Assembly: GCA_036443455.1 (NCBI GenBank)
Contig: JAZFYI010000051.1
Location: 1-40,104 of the forward strand
Direction: 5' to 3'
Source: Gammaproteobacteria bacterium
GTDB taxonomy: Bacteria; Pseudomonadota; Gammaproteobacteria; Steroidobacterales; MnTg04
DNA: 40,104 bases
Below, in pieces: positions 1 to 14,182 of this stretch; the stretch's first letter is position 1; every line of letters begins with the position of its first letter. The notes beneath the pieces are model-generated. The model saw nothing but the letters and a program-made list of their open reading frames with translations, did not search any database and had not been told where the DNA came from. The translations under genes were made by a program, and so were the position numbers.

Positions 1-617
1 GCAACAACCGGATCTACCAGTTCGCATCCATCGGTGAGATTCCACAGGACAAAAAGTATGGCGGCGAGGCAACGCGGCTGGAAATAGGCGATGGCAACAC
101 CATTCGCGAGTTCTGTACGATCAACCGGGGCACGGCACAGCAACAGGGTCTGACCCGAATCGGCAATGACAACTGGCTGATGGCTTATGTGCACATTGCG
201 CATGACTGCGTCATCGGCGACCACACGATTTTCGCCAATTGCACGACCCTGGGCGGTCACGTGACGGTTGGCGATCACGCGATTTTTGGCGGGTTTTCCG
301 GGGTGCACCAGTTTTGCCATATCGGCGAGCACAGCTTCATGGCGATGTACTCGGTAGTCGCCCGGGATATCCCCGCATACCTCATCGTGTCCGGCAATCC
401 GGTGCAACCGCGTGGCATCAACAAGGAAGGGCTCAAGCGGCGTGGTTTCGACCGGGATCAGTTGCGCCAGCTTAATGCGGCGTATCGGCTGATATATCGT
501 GAGGGGTTGAAAGTCGCAGACGCGATCGCCGAACTCGAGCAACGGCTCGAAGTACAGCCGGTCTTGTTGCCGTTGGTCGAGTCGCTAAAATCCAGCACGC
601 GCGGCATCGCGCGCTGA
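1..617 (+). CDS. lpxA: UDP-N-acetylglucosamine acyltransferase (5'-truncated by window edge)
   Basis: Hexapeptide repeats; IREFCTINRGT, MAYVHIAHDC, GVHQF and GINKEGLKRRGF motifs; directly upstream of lpxB. Confidence 0.96.
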   Translation, partial: NNRIYQFASIGEIPQDKKYGGEATRLEIGDGNTIREFCTINRGTAQQQGLTRIGNDNWLMAYVHIAHDCVIGDHTIFANCTTLGGHVTVGDHAIFGGFSGVHQFCHIGEHSFMAMYSVVARDIPAYLIVSGNPVQPRGINKEGLKRRGFDRDQLRQLNAAYRLIYREGLKVADAIAELEQRLEVQPVLLPLVESLKSSTRGIAR

Positions 618-631
618 TACCGGGGGCATCG

Positions 632-1801
632 ATGGCGCAGGAGCCTGGCGTAAAAGTTGGCCTGGTCGCCGGCGAGGCCTCCGGCGACATGCTCGGTGGC
701 AGCCTGTTGCAGGCCATGCATGCCCGCGCAACCGGGCTCTCGGCGATGGGCGTGGCCGGCGAGGAAATGAGGGCTGCCGGTTGCCGGCCGCTGGTTCATG
801 CGAGCGAGTTGGCGGTGATGGGCCTGGTCGAAGTGATCTCACATTTGCCGCGTCTGCTCGCACTCCGACGGAAGCTGGCAAGGCAGTTTGCCGCCTGGCG
901 ACCGGATGTGTTCGTCGGTATCGACGCGCCGGAATTTAATCTCGGTCTGGAAGCCCGGTTGCGCCGCCAGGGAATCCCGACGGTCCAATATGTCAGCCCG
1001 TCGGTCTGGGCATGGCGCAGCGGGCGGGTGAAGAAAATCGCGCGCAGCGCCGACCTGGTGCTTTGCCTGTTGCCATTCGAAAAGCAGTTCTACGACGATC
1101 ACAACATTCGCGCGGTGTTTGTGGGTCATCCGCTGGCCGAGCGCATAACCCGACAGCCGGATACATCCACGGCCAGGCGGGAGCTCGGGCTGGCCGATGA
1201 CGGGGAATGGCTCGCGCTGCTGCCAGGCAGTCGCATTGGCGAGGTGACCAGGCTGGCGAAAGATTTTGCCGAAACCATAGCCTGGCTGCGGGAACGCCGG
1301 CCGTCAATGCGCTTTGTCGCCGCGCTGGCGTCCGCCGAAAGCGAAACGATTTTTCGCGAAGCGATCCGGCGTATCACGCCACCGGTCGAGATACACATGA
1401 TCCGCGGGCGATCGCATGAGGTCATGGCTGCGGCCGATGTACTCCTCGTGGCATCGGGAACCGCGACCCTCGAGGCCGCGTTGATTGGTCGCCCGATGGT
1501 CGTGACCTACCGGTTGGCGCAGGCGACGCAGTGGTTGTTGAAGTGGCCGGGCTTGCTCAAAATCGACCGCTTTGCTTTGCCAAACCTGGTTGCCGGCGAG
1601 GACCTGGTGCCCGAAATCATAAACGACGACGTCAGCGTGGAGGCGCTCGGCCAGGCCATACTGCGGGAACTGGATGATACCGGTCGACGGCAATACCTGG
1701 ACGGTCGTTTTCTGGATATACGGCGGATGCTAAAACACAATGCCGCCGAGCGCGCCGCCGCCTCCATACTCGATCTCGCAGCGGGTCGCATCGGTGAGTA
1801 A
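632..1801 (+). CDS. lpxB: Lipid-A-disaccharide synthase
   Basis: [31 protein letters not shown] and SGTATLE motifs. Confidence 0.97.
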   Translation: MAQEPGVKVGLVAGEASGDMLGGSLLQAMHARATGLSAMGVAGEEMRAAGCRPLVHASELAVMGLVEVISHLPRLLALRRKLARQFAAWRPDVFVGIDAPEFNLGLEARLRRQGIPTVQYVSPSVWAWRSGRVKKIARSADLVLCLLPFEKQFYDDHNIRAVFVGHPLAERITRQPDTSTARRELGLADDGEWLALLPGSRIGEVTRLAKDFAETIAWLRERRPSMRFVAALASAESETIFREAIRRITPPVEIHMIRGRSHEVMAAADVLLVASGTATLEAALIGRPMVVTYRLAQATQWLLKWPGLLKIDRFALPNLVAGEDLVPEIINDDVSVEALGQAILRELDDTGRRQYLDGRFLDIRRMLKHNAAERAAASILDLAAGRIGE

Positions 1802-2429
1802 CGCCACGATACTGATCGCGGGCATCGACGAGGCCGGCCGCGGCCCGCTGGCAGGTCCGGTGGTTGCCGCGGCGGTGGTGCTGGATCCGGCGCGGCCGAT
1901 TGCAGGGTTGAGGGATTCAAAGAAATTGTCGGCCGGCCGTAGAACCGTGCTCGCCGCGGAAATCCGGAAGTGCGCGCTGAGTTACGCGATCGCCTGGGCC
2001 GACGCCGCGGAAATCGATGAGCTGAATATTCTGCGGGCGACCATGCTGGCGATGCGCCGCGCGACGCTCGGTTTGCATATCCGGCCGGTACACCTGCAGA
2101 TCGATGGCAATCGTTGCCCGGAATTCGCCGGCACCGGGCTGGATTGCAGCAGCGAGGCGCTGGTCGGCGGCGATGACCTGGTCCCGGCCATCAGTGCCGC
2201 ATCCATCCTGGCCAAAGTCGCGCGCGATGGTTTCATGACGCGCCAGCACCGGATTTACCCGCAATACAATTTCGCCAGCCACAAGGGCTATCCCACCGCC
2301 GAGCATCGGCAAGCGCTGGAACGCCATGGCGCCTGCCCTTTGCACAGGGTGTCATTTGCCCCCGTGCGCAGCGTCGCGCAGGCGAAAAAAACAGAAACTG
2401 ACAATGACATTGCCGTGGCCAGCGGGTAA
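1794..2429 (+). CDS. rnhB: Ribonuclease HII
   Basis: [31 protein letters not shown] and HKGYPT motifs; GTG at 1794 overlapping the lpxB end chosen as start. Confidence 0.96.
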   Translation: MSNATILIAGIDEAGRGPLAGPVVAAAVVLDPARPIAGLRDSKKLSAGRRTVLAAEIRKCALSYAIAWADAAEIDELNILRATMLAMRRATLGLHIRPVHLQIDGNRCPEFAGTGLDCSSEALVGGDDLVPAISAASILAKVARDGFMTRQHRIYPQYNFASHKGYPTAEHRQALERHGACPLHRVSFAPVRSVAQAKKTETDNDIAVASG

Positions 2430-2441
2430 CAATAGAGCCAG

Positions 2442-5400
2442 ATGAGCGCCAGTTTCGTACACCTGCATTTGCATACCGAGTATTCCTTGTCCGACAGCGT
2501 CGTGCGGGTGAAACCGCTGATGGCGGCGATCGCGGATATGGGTATGCCGGCCGTCGCGCTGACCGACCAGTGCAACCTTTTTGCGATGGTGAAGTTTTAC
2601 CGGGCCGCGCTCGCCCGCGGGATCAAGCCCATCATCGGCGTCGATGTCCTGTTGCGCGATATCGACGAGCCGGCCCGTCCCAGCCGCCTGACGCTGCTGT
2701 GTCAGAACCAGGCCGGTTATCAAAACCTGTCACGCCTGGTGAGCCGCAGTTACCTGGAAGGCCAGTACCGGGGCGTGCCGATGCTGGACCCGCAGTGGCT
2801 GAGCAGTGAAAACTGTGCCGGCCTGATTGCGCTGTCGGGAGGCGTCGATGGGGATATCGGCAGGGCATTGCTGGCGGGTCATACCGACCTGGCGGACCGG
2901 CGGCTGGCGGAATGGCAGACAGTTTTCGGTGACCGCTTTTATCTGGAGATTACCCGGACGGGTCGACCGGGCGAAGAAGACTATTTACAACAGGCCGTGC
3001 AACTGTCATCCGAACAGCGTGCGCCGTTGCTGGCGAGCAACGATGTTCGCTTTATCAGCGCCAGCGAGTTCGGTGCGCACGAAGCAAGGGTTTGCATACA
3101 CGATGGCCAGGTGCTGACCGATCCGGGCCGGCCGCGGCGGTACAGTGAGCAGCAATACCTGCGCAGCGCAGAGGACATGCGTGAGCTTTTTGCCGACCTG
3201 CCGGAAGCGCTGGAAAACGGCGTCGAAATCGCAAAACGCTGTAACCTCGAGTTGAATCTCGGTGGCAGCGATCTGCCTGACTTTCCGATCCCCGAGGGTC
3301 AGACCACGGCCGGGTATTTGCATGGCGAGTCCGTGGCGGGTTTGCGCCGGCGGCTCGGTCTGGCCGAATCCGGCGCCTTTCCGGATGCGTACCGGCAGCG
3401 TCTCGAGCATGAAATAGACGTCATTTGTGAAATGGGTTTTCCCGGCTATTTCCTGATCGTCGCGGATTTCATTCATTGGTCCAGGGAGAACGATATCCCG
3501 GTCGGGCCGGGCCGCGGTTCGGGCGCCGGCAGCCTGGTCGCCTACGCTTTGCGGATTACCGATCTCGATCCGATAGAGCACGAATTGCTGTTCGAAAGAT
3601 TTCTGAATCCCGAGCGCGTTTCGATGCCGGATTTCGATATTGATTTTTGCATGGAAGGCCGCGACCGGGTGATCGACTATGTCGCCGGTCGCTATGGCCG
3701 GGACCGGGTGTCGCAGATCATCACCTATGGAACCCTGGCAGCCAAGGCGGTGGTCCGGGATGTGGGCCGCGTATTGGGTCATCCATACGGTTTTGTCGAT
3801 CGCATCGCGAAACTGATTCCCTTCGAAGTGGGCATGACGCTGGAAAAGGCGCTGGAGCAGGAAGACGAGCTGCGCAAGCTGTACGAAAACGATGACGAGG
3901 TGCGCAACCTGATCAACCTGGCGCGCCAGTTGGAAGGCCTGGTGCGCAATGCCGGCAAACACGCCGGGGGCGTGGTTATTGCACCCAGGCCCCTGACCGA
4001 CTACGCACCGCTGTATTGCGAGGAAGGCGGCGCCAATGTGGTCACCCAGTTCGACAAGGACGATGTCGAAGCCTGCGGGCTGGTCAAGTTCGATTTTCTC
4101 GGTCTGCGCACGCTGACCATCATCGACCGGGCGGTCAAGATCATCAACGGCCAGCGCCGGGAGTCGGGCGAGCCGCCGCTGGATATAGATACGATCGACC
4201 CGCAGGATGCCGCGACTTTCAGCTTGCTCAGGAAATGTCAGACCGTGGCTGTATTCCAGCTCGAGTCCCGCGGCATGAAAGACCTGATCAAACGCTTGCA
4301 GCCAGATAATTTTGGCGAAATCGTGGCGCTGGTTGCCTTGTTCAGACCGGGTCCGCTCCAGTCGGGTATGGTCGATGACTTTATCGATCGCAAGCACGCC
4401 GCCGACGAGAGCAAAATCGACTATTTCCACGCCGATCTGAAACCGATACTCGAGCCCACCTATGGGGTGATTCTCTACCAGGAACAAGTCATGCAGATCG
4501 CGCAGGTGCTGGCCGGTTACAGCCTGGGTGAAGCCGACCTTTTGCGTCGCGCGATGGGCAAGAAAAAGCCGGAAGAAATGGCCAAGCAACGGGGGATTTT
4601 CCTGCGTGGCGCCGACCGGGCAGGTGTCAATACGGAGCTCGCCACTTTCATATTCGATCTGATGGAGAAATTCGCCGGTTACGGGTTCAACAAGTCCCAT
4701 TCGGCCGCCTATGCCGTGCTGGCTTATCGAACCGCCTGGCTGAAAGCGCATTATCCAGCCCCGTTCATGGCCGCGGTGCTATCGACGGACATGGACAACA
4801 CCGACAAGGTGGTGACGCTGATCGATGAGTGCGCAGTCATGGATATCGAAGTCCAGGTTCCCGATATCAACCATTCCGGTTATGCCTTCGTGGTCTCCGG
4901 TCCAGGCACCATTCGCTATGGCCTGGGCGCGATCAAAGGCGTCGGGCGCGGCGCACTCGAGGGCCTGATCGCGGAACGATCTTCAGGCGGCGCGTATGGC
5001 GGCATCGTCGATCTGTGCCAGCGGACCGATCTGCAAAAGCTCAACAGGCGCGTCATGGAGGCGCTGATCCGCTCGGGCGCGATGGATAGCCTGGGCGCGA
5101 TCAAAGGCGTCGGGCGCGCGGCGCTGCTGGCGCAATTACCGGCCGCGATGAAGCTCGCCGAGCAGGATGCAAAAGCCAGCGCGGCAGGCCAGGACGACAT
5201 GTTCGGGTTTGGCGGGCCGGGCGGCTCACAAAGCGACGATCTGCAGGTTCCGCTGAGCGATCGATCCGAGTGGAACCCGCCTGAGCGGGAGCCACCGGAA
5301 TGGAGCGAGAAAGAGCGGCTGGATGGCGAATTCGACACCCTGGGTCTTTATCTCACCGGACACCCGATCACGCGCTATGAAAGAGACCTGCCGCAGCTGG

Positions 5401-5975
5401 CTGCCAACCGGATCGCCGACCTGGGCGATGGCCAGCCAGTGGGCAACGGTCGCAACCAATACACCAGCGTCCGCAAGGTCACCGTCGCGGGGGTGGTGCT
5501 GAAAATAGGCAAGCGCGGCAACCGGGTTACCTTGCAGCTCGATGATCGCAGCGGGCGCGTGGAAGTCACCTTGTTCGACGAGGCATACCAGGAATTCGGG
5601 CATCTCCTGCAGGTCAAGGCAGTGCTGGTGATTCACGGCGGTCTGCGCTATGACGATTTCAGCAATGGCTGGCAGATTGCCGCCAAGAACATCCAGGACA
5701 TTGACCAGGCCAGGGAGCAAATGGCGAAAAAGCTGATCATCGAGTGGCAGGGGCAGCACGACGGGCAACGCTTCGTGCGCGAACTGAAGGGAACGCTGCG
5801 ACCGTATCTTGACGGGCATTGCGGCGTCTGGGTCAGATATACCGGTAGCGATGCCAGGGCCTTGCTGGCGCTGGGCGACGACTGGCAGGTCAGACCGACC
5901 CGGGAATTGCTCGACAAACTGGATAAACTGGTTGGCGGTGAACACCTGAAGCTGGTCTATCCGCCACCGCCATAG
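2442..5975 (+). CDS. dnaE: DNA polymerase III alpha subunit
   Basis: N-terminal PHP domain (HLHLHTEYS), GPGRGSGAGS, ERVSMPDFDIDF, KFDFLGL, GYGFNKSH; 1177 aa. Confidence 0.98.
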   Translation: MSASFVHLHLHTEYSLSDSVVRVKPLMAAIADMGMPAVALTDQCNLFAMVKFYRAALARGIKPIIGVDVLLRDIDEPARPSRLTLLCQNQAGYQNLSRLVSRSYLEGQYRGVPMLDPQWLSSENCAGLIALSGGVDGDIGRALLAGHTDLADRRLAEWQTVFGDRFYLEITRTGRPGEEDYLQQAVQLSSEQRAPLLASNDVRFISASEFGAHEARVCIHDGQVLTDPGRPRRYSEQQYLRSAEDMRELFADLPEALENGVEIAKRCNLELNLGGSDLPDFPIPEGQTTAGYLHGESVAGLRRRLGLAESGAFPDAYRQRLEHEIDVICEMGFPGYFLIVADFIHWSRENDIPVGPGRGSGAGSLVAYALRITDLDPIEHELLFERFLNPERVSMPDFDIDFCMEGRDRVIDYVAGRYGRDRVSQIITYGTLAAKAVVRDVGRVLGHPYGFVDRIAKLIPFEVGMTLEKALEQEDELRKLYENDDEVRNLINLARQLEGLVRNAGKHAGGVVIAPRPLTDYAPLYCEEGGANVVTQFDKDDVEACGLVKFDFLGLRTLTIIDRAVKIINGQRRESGEPPLDIDTIDPQDAATFSLLRKCQTVAVFQLESRGMKDLIKRLQPDNFGEIVALVALFRPGPLQSGMVDDFIDRKHAADESKIDYFHADLKPILEPTYGVILYQEQVMQIAQVLAGYSLGEADLLRRAMGKKKPEEMAKQRGIFLRGADRAGVNTELATFIFDLMEKFAGYGFNKSHSAAYAVLAYRTAWLKAHYPAPFMAAVLSTDMDNTDKVVTLIDECAVMDIEVQVPDINHSGYAFVVSGPGTIRYGLGAIKGVGRGALEGLIAERSSGGAYGGIVDLCQRTDLQKLNRRVMEALIRSGAMDSLGAIKGVGRAALLAQLPAAMKLAEQDAKASAAGQDDMFGFGGPGGSQSDDLQVPLSDRSEWNPPEREPPEWSEKERLDGEFDTLGLYLTGHPITRYERDLPQLAANRIADLGDGQPVGNGRNQYTSVRKVTVAGVVLKIGKRGNRVTLQLDDRSGRVEVTLFDEAYQEFGHLLQVKAVLVIHGGLRYDDFSNGWQIAAKNIQDIDQAREQMAKKLIIEWQGQHDGQRFVRELKGTLRPYLDGHCGVWVRYTGSDARALLALGDDWQVRPTRELLDKLDKLVGGEHLKLVYPPPP
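4921..5118 (+). repeat. Perfect 30-bp direct repeat inside dnaE (4921-4950 and 5089-5118)
   Basis: gcctgggcgcgatcaaaggcgtcgggcgcg occurs twice, in the same frame, encoding LGAIKGVGR. Confidence 0.92.
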
Positions 5976-6068
5976 AACGATCCTGGCCAGCATACGGACC
6001 GGCCTGCCGGGCTTGTACGCGATTGGCTGTATCGGTAATGTGGGCACCTGGTTTTCGCGGTATACGGC

Positions 6069-7034
6069 ATGGATCTGAAATTTCTCGATTTTGAGCAACC
6101 CATCGCAGAACTCGAGGCGAAAATCGAAGAGCTCCGCCATGTCGGCAGCGACGCCGATATCAATATCAGCGAGGAAATAAACCGGCTCGAGGAGAAGAGC
6201 CGTTCGCTGACCAAGTCGATTTTTTCTGATTTGACCGCCTGGCAGGTAACCCAGCTCGCGCGCCATCCGCAACGGCCGTACACCAACGACTACCTGGCAA
6301 AAATATTTACCGATTTCCAGGAATTATCCGGCGACCGCATGTATGGGGACGACCCGGCGATCGTCGGCGGTCTGGCGCGGCTGGATGGCCGGCCGGTCAT
6401 GGTTATTGGCCATCAAAAAGGCCGCGACACCAAACAGCGGGTGTATCGAAACTATGGCATGCCGAAACCCGAAGGATATCGCAAGGCCTTGCGCCTGATG
6501 CGTTTGGCCGAACGATTTTCGCTACCGGTCATTACGCTGATCGATACGCCGGGCGCCTATCCGGGCGTCGGCGCGGAAGAGCGCGGGCAAAGCGAGGCGA
6601 TCGCGCGCAACCTCTATGAAATGGCTGGCCTGCGCACGCCCATCCTGGCGGTCGTCATCGGCGAAGGGGGCTCCGGCGGCGCGTTGGCCATCGGCGTTTG
6701 CGATCGCCTGTTGATGCTCGAATTCAGCATTTACTCGGTGATTTCTCCCGAAGGTTGTGCATCCATACTCTGGAAGAGCGCGGACAAGGCGGAAGTCGCC
6801 GCAGAAGCCATGGGCATCACCGCGGCCAGGCTGGCCAAGCTGGACCTGGTCGATGAAATTATCGGCGAACCGCTCGGTGGCGCACACCGTGATCCCGATG
6901 CCACGGTCGAAGCCTTGAAAAATTCGCTGTTGCACAACCTCGAGGCGCTCAGCAGTCACAACACGGATGAATTGCTGGAACAGCGCTATCGGCGGCTGAT
7001 GAACTTCGGTGTCTACAAGGAATTGTCGGAGTAG
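6069..7034 (+). CDS. accA: Acetyl-CoA carboxylase carboxyltransferase alpha subunit
   Basis: [36 protein letters not shown] and YSVISPEGC motifs. Confidence 0.98.
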   Translation: MDLKFLDFEQPIAELEAKIEELRHVGSDADINISEEINRLEEKSRSLTKSIFSDLTAWQVTQLARHPQRPYTNDYLAKIFTDFQELSGDRMYGDDPAIVGGLARLDGRPVMVIGHQKGRDTKQRVYRNYGMPKPEGYRKALRLMRLAERFSLPVITLIDTPGAYPGVGAEERGQSEAIARNLYEMAGLRTPILAVVIGEGGSGGALAIGVCDRLLMLEFSIYSVISPEGCASILWKSADKAEVAAEAMGITAARLAKLDLVDEIIGEPLGGAHRDPDATVEALKNSLLHNLEALSSHNTDELLEQRYRRLMNFGVYKELSE

Positions 7035-7040
7035 CCAATA

Positions 7041-8420
7041 ATGACCCCCGCCAGCGAAACTCTGGCCGCGAGCTTAGGCCAGGCGCTCGCCGGGCACCTA
7101 GCGGATCCAACGCACACCCGGTATTGCGTTGCCTTCAGCGGCGGTCTCGATTCCAGCGTACTGTTGGCGCTGATGAATTCGATCGTCGCCGAATGGCCGG
7201 ATGCCGCATTGCGCGCCATTCATGTCAATCACGGTCTGTATGCCGACGCCGATCGCTGGCAATCGGCGGCGCAGGCTGTCGCGCAGAAGCTGGACGTGGA
7301 ATTTTTGGCGATTCGAGTCGCTGTTGCCGAGGATGCGCCAGGCGGCGTGGAAGCCACAGCTCGCGATGCGCGTTATCGTGCGCTGGCGGACGCCATGGTT
7401 GCCGGCGAAGTCCTGGTTTGCGCACACCACCTCGACGATCAACTGGAGACCTTCCTGCTACAGCTCATGCGCGGCGCCGGCCCGGCGGGTCTGGCCGCGA
7501 TGCCGGTGGTTCGCGACCTGGGACCGGGTCTGCTGCTGCGGCCTTTGTTGTCGGTCAGCCGGGACGAACTGAGCGACTGGGCACGGCGGAACGCGATCAG
7601 CTGGTGCGAAGACAGCAGCAACCGGAACCAGCAGTTTGCGCGCAATTTTCTGCGTCACCGGATCCTGCCCTTGCTGCGCGAACGCTGGCCATCGGCCGCC
7701 GGCAGCGCGGCGCGCAGCGCGGCGCATTGTGCCGAGGCCGAGTCTTTGCTGGCCGAGCTGGCCGCGCATGACCTTGGCGATCCGCTTAGCGAGCCCGCCT
7801 ACCCGGTGGCCGTGCTTTCGACCGGGAAATTCGACGGGCTCAGCGCCGCCCGGGTGCGCAACCTGTTGCGTTACTGGATCAGGTCCGAAGGCTACCCGGT
7901 GCCGGGTCACGGTCGGCTGGGCGCAATCATCGACAGCGTGGTTGCGGCCAGGGCTGACGCCGAGCCGCTGGTGCGGTGGGGTGATACGGAGCTCAGGCGC
8001 TATCGCGACAGGCTTTACCTGATGCCGTCCCTGGCTGCGGCGCCGGACCGGGCCCTGGCCTGGGACACGGACAAACCCTTGGCGCTGCCAGGATCCATGG
8101 GTCGACTCGAATTGGCGACGGCGGACTCGGACTGCTCTGATGACGTGATCGCGAACCGCCTGCTCGAGCGTCACTGCACGGTGCGGTTCAGAGGTGGCGG
8201 AGAGCACTTCCGGCCGGCGGGCGGGCGGCGAAAGCCGTTAAAAAAATGGCTGCAGGAAAAAGGGATTCCGCCGTGGATGAGATCGCGCTTGCCGCTGGTT
8301 TTTTGCGCGGATCGGCTGGTCTGGGTGCCAGGCATCGGCTGCGCCGAAGAATTGCTGGCGCGCGCGGGCGAGGATGGCCGGATTATCCGTTGGCGGCGGG
8401 CGCGGGAAGTGAATTCCTGA
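7041..8420 (+). CDS. tilS: tRNA(Ile)-lysidine synthetase
   Basis: PP-loop AFSGGLDS, AHHLDDQLET, RPLL, EDSSN and RNFLR motifs; accA-tilS-pyrG synteny. Confidence 0.95.
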   Translation: MTPASETLAASLGQALAGHLADPTHTRYCVAFSGGLDSSVLLALMNSIVAEWPDAALRAIHVNHGLYADADRWQSAAQAVAQKLDVEFLAIRVAVAEDAPGGVEATARDARYRALADAMVAGEVLVCAHHLDDQLETFLLQLMRGAGPAGLAAMPVVRDLGPGLLLRPLLSVSRDELSDWARRNAISWCEDSSNRNQQFARNFLRHRILPLLRERWPSAAGSAARSAAHCAEAESLLAELAAHDLGDPLSEPAYPVAVLSTGKFDGLSAARVRNLLRYWIRSEGYPVPGHGRLGAIIDSVVAARADAEPLVRWGDTELRRYRDRLYLMPSLAAAPDRALAWDTDKPLALPGSMGRLELATADSDCSDDVIANRLLERHCTVRFRGGGEHFRPAGGRRKPLKKWLQEKGIPPWMRSRLPLVFCADRLVWVPGIGCAEELLARAGEDGRIIRWRRAREVNS

Positions 8421-8449
8421 TTGTCGCGCGGGCCGGCTTCTGGTATTTT
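8421..8449 (+). promoter_or_regulatory. Putative sigma70 promoter for pyrG (TTGTCG-17 nt-TATTTT with TG extended -10)
   Basis: -35-like TTGTCG at 8421-8426, TG at 8441-8442, -10-like TATTTT at 8444-8449. Confidence 0.55.
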
Positions 8450-8509
8450 CTAGTACCGACCACATGGCTGGTTCGGGACCGGCTGAGAACAATCGCAGGT
8501 CTCGCTGTA

Positions 8510-11040
<2,531 letters not shown>

Positions 11041-11043
11041 TTT

Positions 11044-11193
11044 AGCCTGCATATTTCACCAAGGCGGTAGCCGCCGGGTTTAAGAAACGAAAGGACCAGG
11101 TATTTTGAGGAATCGGTGCGTTGATCGTTGATTACAGTTTGTGCGCCCGAGCCCTCACCCAGAATCCGCGATCCTTGGTGAAATATGCAGGCT
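11044..11193. mobile_element. MITE-like element family A, short (internally deleted) copy
   Basis: Perfect 21-bp terminal inverted repeat agcctgcatatttcaccaagg (11044-11064) / ccttggtgaaatatgcaggct (11173-11193); second copy at 32921-33175. Confidence 0.8.
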
Positions 11194-11218
11194 TGCCAGG
11201 TAACGTGAGAGATTCTGA

Positions 11219-12508
<1,290 letters not shown>

Positions 12509-12526
12509 CCGGCAGGCTCAGGGCTT

Positions 12527-12856
12527 ATGCGCTATCTTTTGTTGATCCTGCTTGGCTTGTTTTTGTTGCTGCAGTATCGCCTGTGGATCAGCGACGAGGG
12601 CATGCAGGAGATGTGGCGGTTGCGCGAACTGGTAGAGGAACAGTCCGCGCGTAACATCGAGTTGGAACAACGCAATGCCGCGCTGGAAGCGGAAGTGCGC
12701 GATCTTCGACAAGGCAAGGACGCGGTCGAGGAGCGGGCGCGCAGCGATCTTGGCATGATTCACGATCAGGAAACTTTTTTTCAGATCGTCGGCGATGAAT
12801 ACCCGGGCGCAGAGCCTGCACCGGACGATGCGGATGCGGCGGAGCAAGAACCATGA
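12527..12856 (+). CDS. ftsB: Cell division protein FtsB
   Basis: N-terminal TM segment with LQYRLW, coiled coil, EERARSDLGMI; eno-ftsB-ispD synteny. Confidence 0.93.
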   Translation: MRYLLLILLGLFLLLQYRLWISDEGMQEMWRLRELVEEQSARNIELEQRNAALEAEVRDLRQGKDAVEERARSDLGMIHDQETFFQIVGDEYPGAEPAPDDADAAEQEP

Positions 12857-13566
12857 ACGAGCCACGTTTCTGGCTGGTGGTGGCGGCGGCCGGGACCAGC
12901 CGGCGATTCGGTGCAGAGCTGCCCAAGCAATACCAGGAGATCGGCGGCCGCTGCATGCTCGCGCATGCGCTGCAGGCCTTTGCCGATTGGGGCAAGATTG
13001 CCGGCACGGTGCTGGCGATCGATGCTGGCGATCGCTGGTTTGCCGGCATCGGCGAACAACTGCCGTTGCCGGTCAGCACGGTGGCCGGTGGCGCCGATAG
13101 AATGCATTCCGTGATCAATGCCGTCCGGTCGTTGCAAGGTGAGGCTGGCGAGCATGACTGGGTGCTGGTCCACGATGCGGCGAGACCGTGCCTTTGCGTG
13201 GACGATCTGCACAGGCTGATCGAATCGACCGGGGCCGATAGCGTGGGTGGTCTGTTGGCGACGCGGGTCACCGACGCGTTGAAAAAGGCGCATGAGGACA
13301 ACGGCCAGGCACGGATAGTCTCGACGATGGACCGCGATGGTTTGTGGCAGGCGATGACCCCGCAGGTTTTCCCGTATGGCCTGCTATGGCCGGCGCTGGA
13401 AAACGCGCAGAAAGCGGGTAAGGCGTTGGCTGACGAAGCCGCCGCGATGGAGCTGGCCGGTCACCGGCCATTGCTGGTCGAAGGGCGCCGCGACAATATC
13501 AAGGTGACCCGGCCTGCGGACCTGGCATTGGCAGCGGCCATACTGGCCGGACACAGGAGGGATTGA
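12853..13566 (+). CDS. ispD: 2-C-methyl-D-erythritol 4-phosphate cytidylyltransferase
   Basis: AAG..RFG..PKQY, VLVHDAARP, TPQVF and NIKVT motifs. Confidence 0.95.
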   Translation: MNEPRFWLVVAAAGTSRRFGAELPKQYQEIGGRCMLAHALQAFADWGKIAGTVLAIDAGDRWFAGIGEQLPLPVSTVAGGADRMHSVINAVRSLQGEAGEHDWVLVHDAARPCLCVDDLHRLIESTGADSVGGLLATRVTDALKKAHEDNGQARIVSTMDRDGLWQAMTPQVFPYGLLWPALENAQKAGKALADEAAAMELAGHRPLLVEGRRDNIKVTRPADLALAAAILAGHRRD

Positions 13567-14063
13567 TGCGTATCGGTCATGGTTATGATTTACACCGCTT
13601 TGGCGCTGCAGGGACGGGGGTTAGCATTCGATTAGCGGGTGTAGAAATACCGCATAATCAACAAGTTATAGCGCATTCTGATGGTGATGTCTTAATACAT
13701 GCATTGTGCGATGCTTTGCTCGGTGCGATGTCCCAGGGGGATATCGGTCAGCATTTTTCGGACCAGTCCGAGCACTGGCGGGATGCCGTGAGCCGGGAGT
13801 TTCTGCGCCTGATCGCGGAACTCATGGGGCACCAGGGTTACCAATTGGAAAATGCCGATCTGACATTGATCTGCGAGGCGCCGCGCATAGGCCCCTACCG
13901 CAAGAGAATGTGCGAGCGCATCGCCGAGGACCTGGGGGTCACGGTCGAACGGATCAATGTCAAGGCGACGACCGCGGAAGGGGTCGGCGCGGTCGGTCGG
14001 GGCGAGGCCATGGCGGCGCACGCGGTCGTGCTGTTGCGCAGAAAAACCGATGCCGCGAGCTGA
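13566..14063 (+). CDS. ispF: 2-C-methyl-D-erythritol 2,4-cyclodiphosphate synthase
   Basis: RIGHGYDLH, HSDGDVLIHA, GDIGQHF and NVKATT motifs. Confidence 0.97.
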   Translation: MRIGHGYDLHRFGAAGTGVSIRLAGVEIPHNQQVIAHSDGDVLIHALCDALLGAMSQGDIGQHFSDQSEHWRDAVSREFLRLIAELMGHQGYQLENADLTLICEAPRIGPYRKRMCERIAEDLGVTVERINVKATTAEGVGAVGRGEAMAAHAVVLLRRKTDAAS

Positions 14064-14182
14064 TTATTCGACGATAATTATTGATGCGGCGGGGCGCGTT
14101 TGCGACCGCCTTGTTGCGCGAGTTCGCAGTTTTCCGCGATGCGCAGGTATCGCCCGGCGGCGAGTGATGACAGGAGCTAAAG

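Noticed and set aside
3006-4751. 581-aa minus-strand ORF (and similar ORFs at 5226-6272, 21749-22864, 27752-29188, 33138-33983, 34092-35000)
   Set aside because: Antisense shadows of conserved genes in a GC-rich genome with biased codon use; no recognisable motifs
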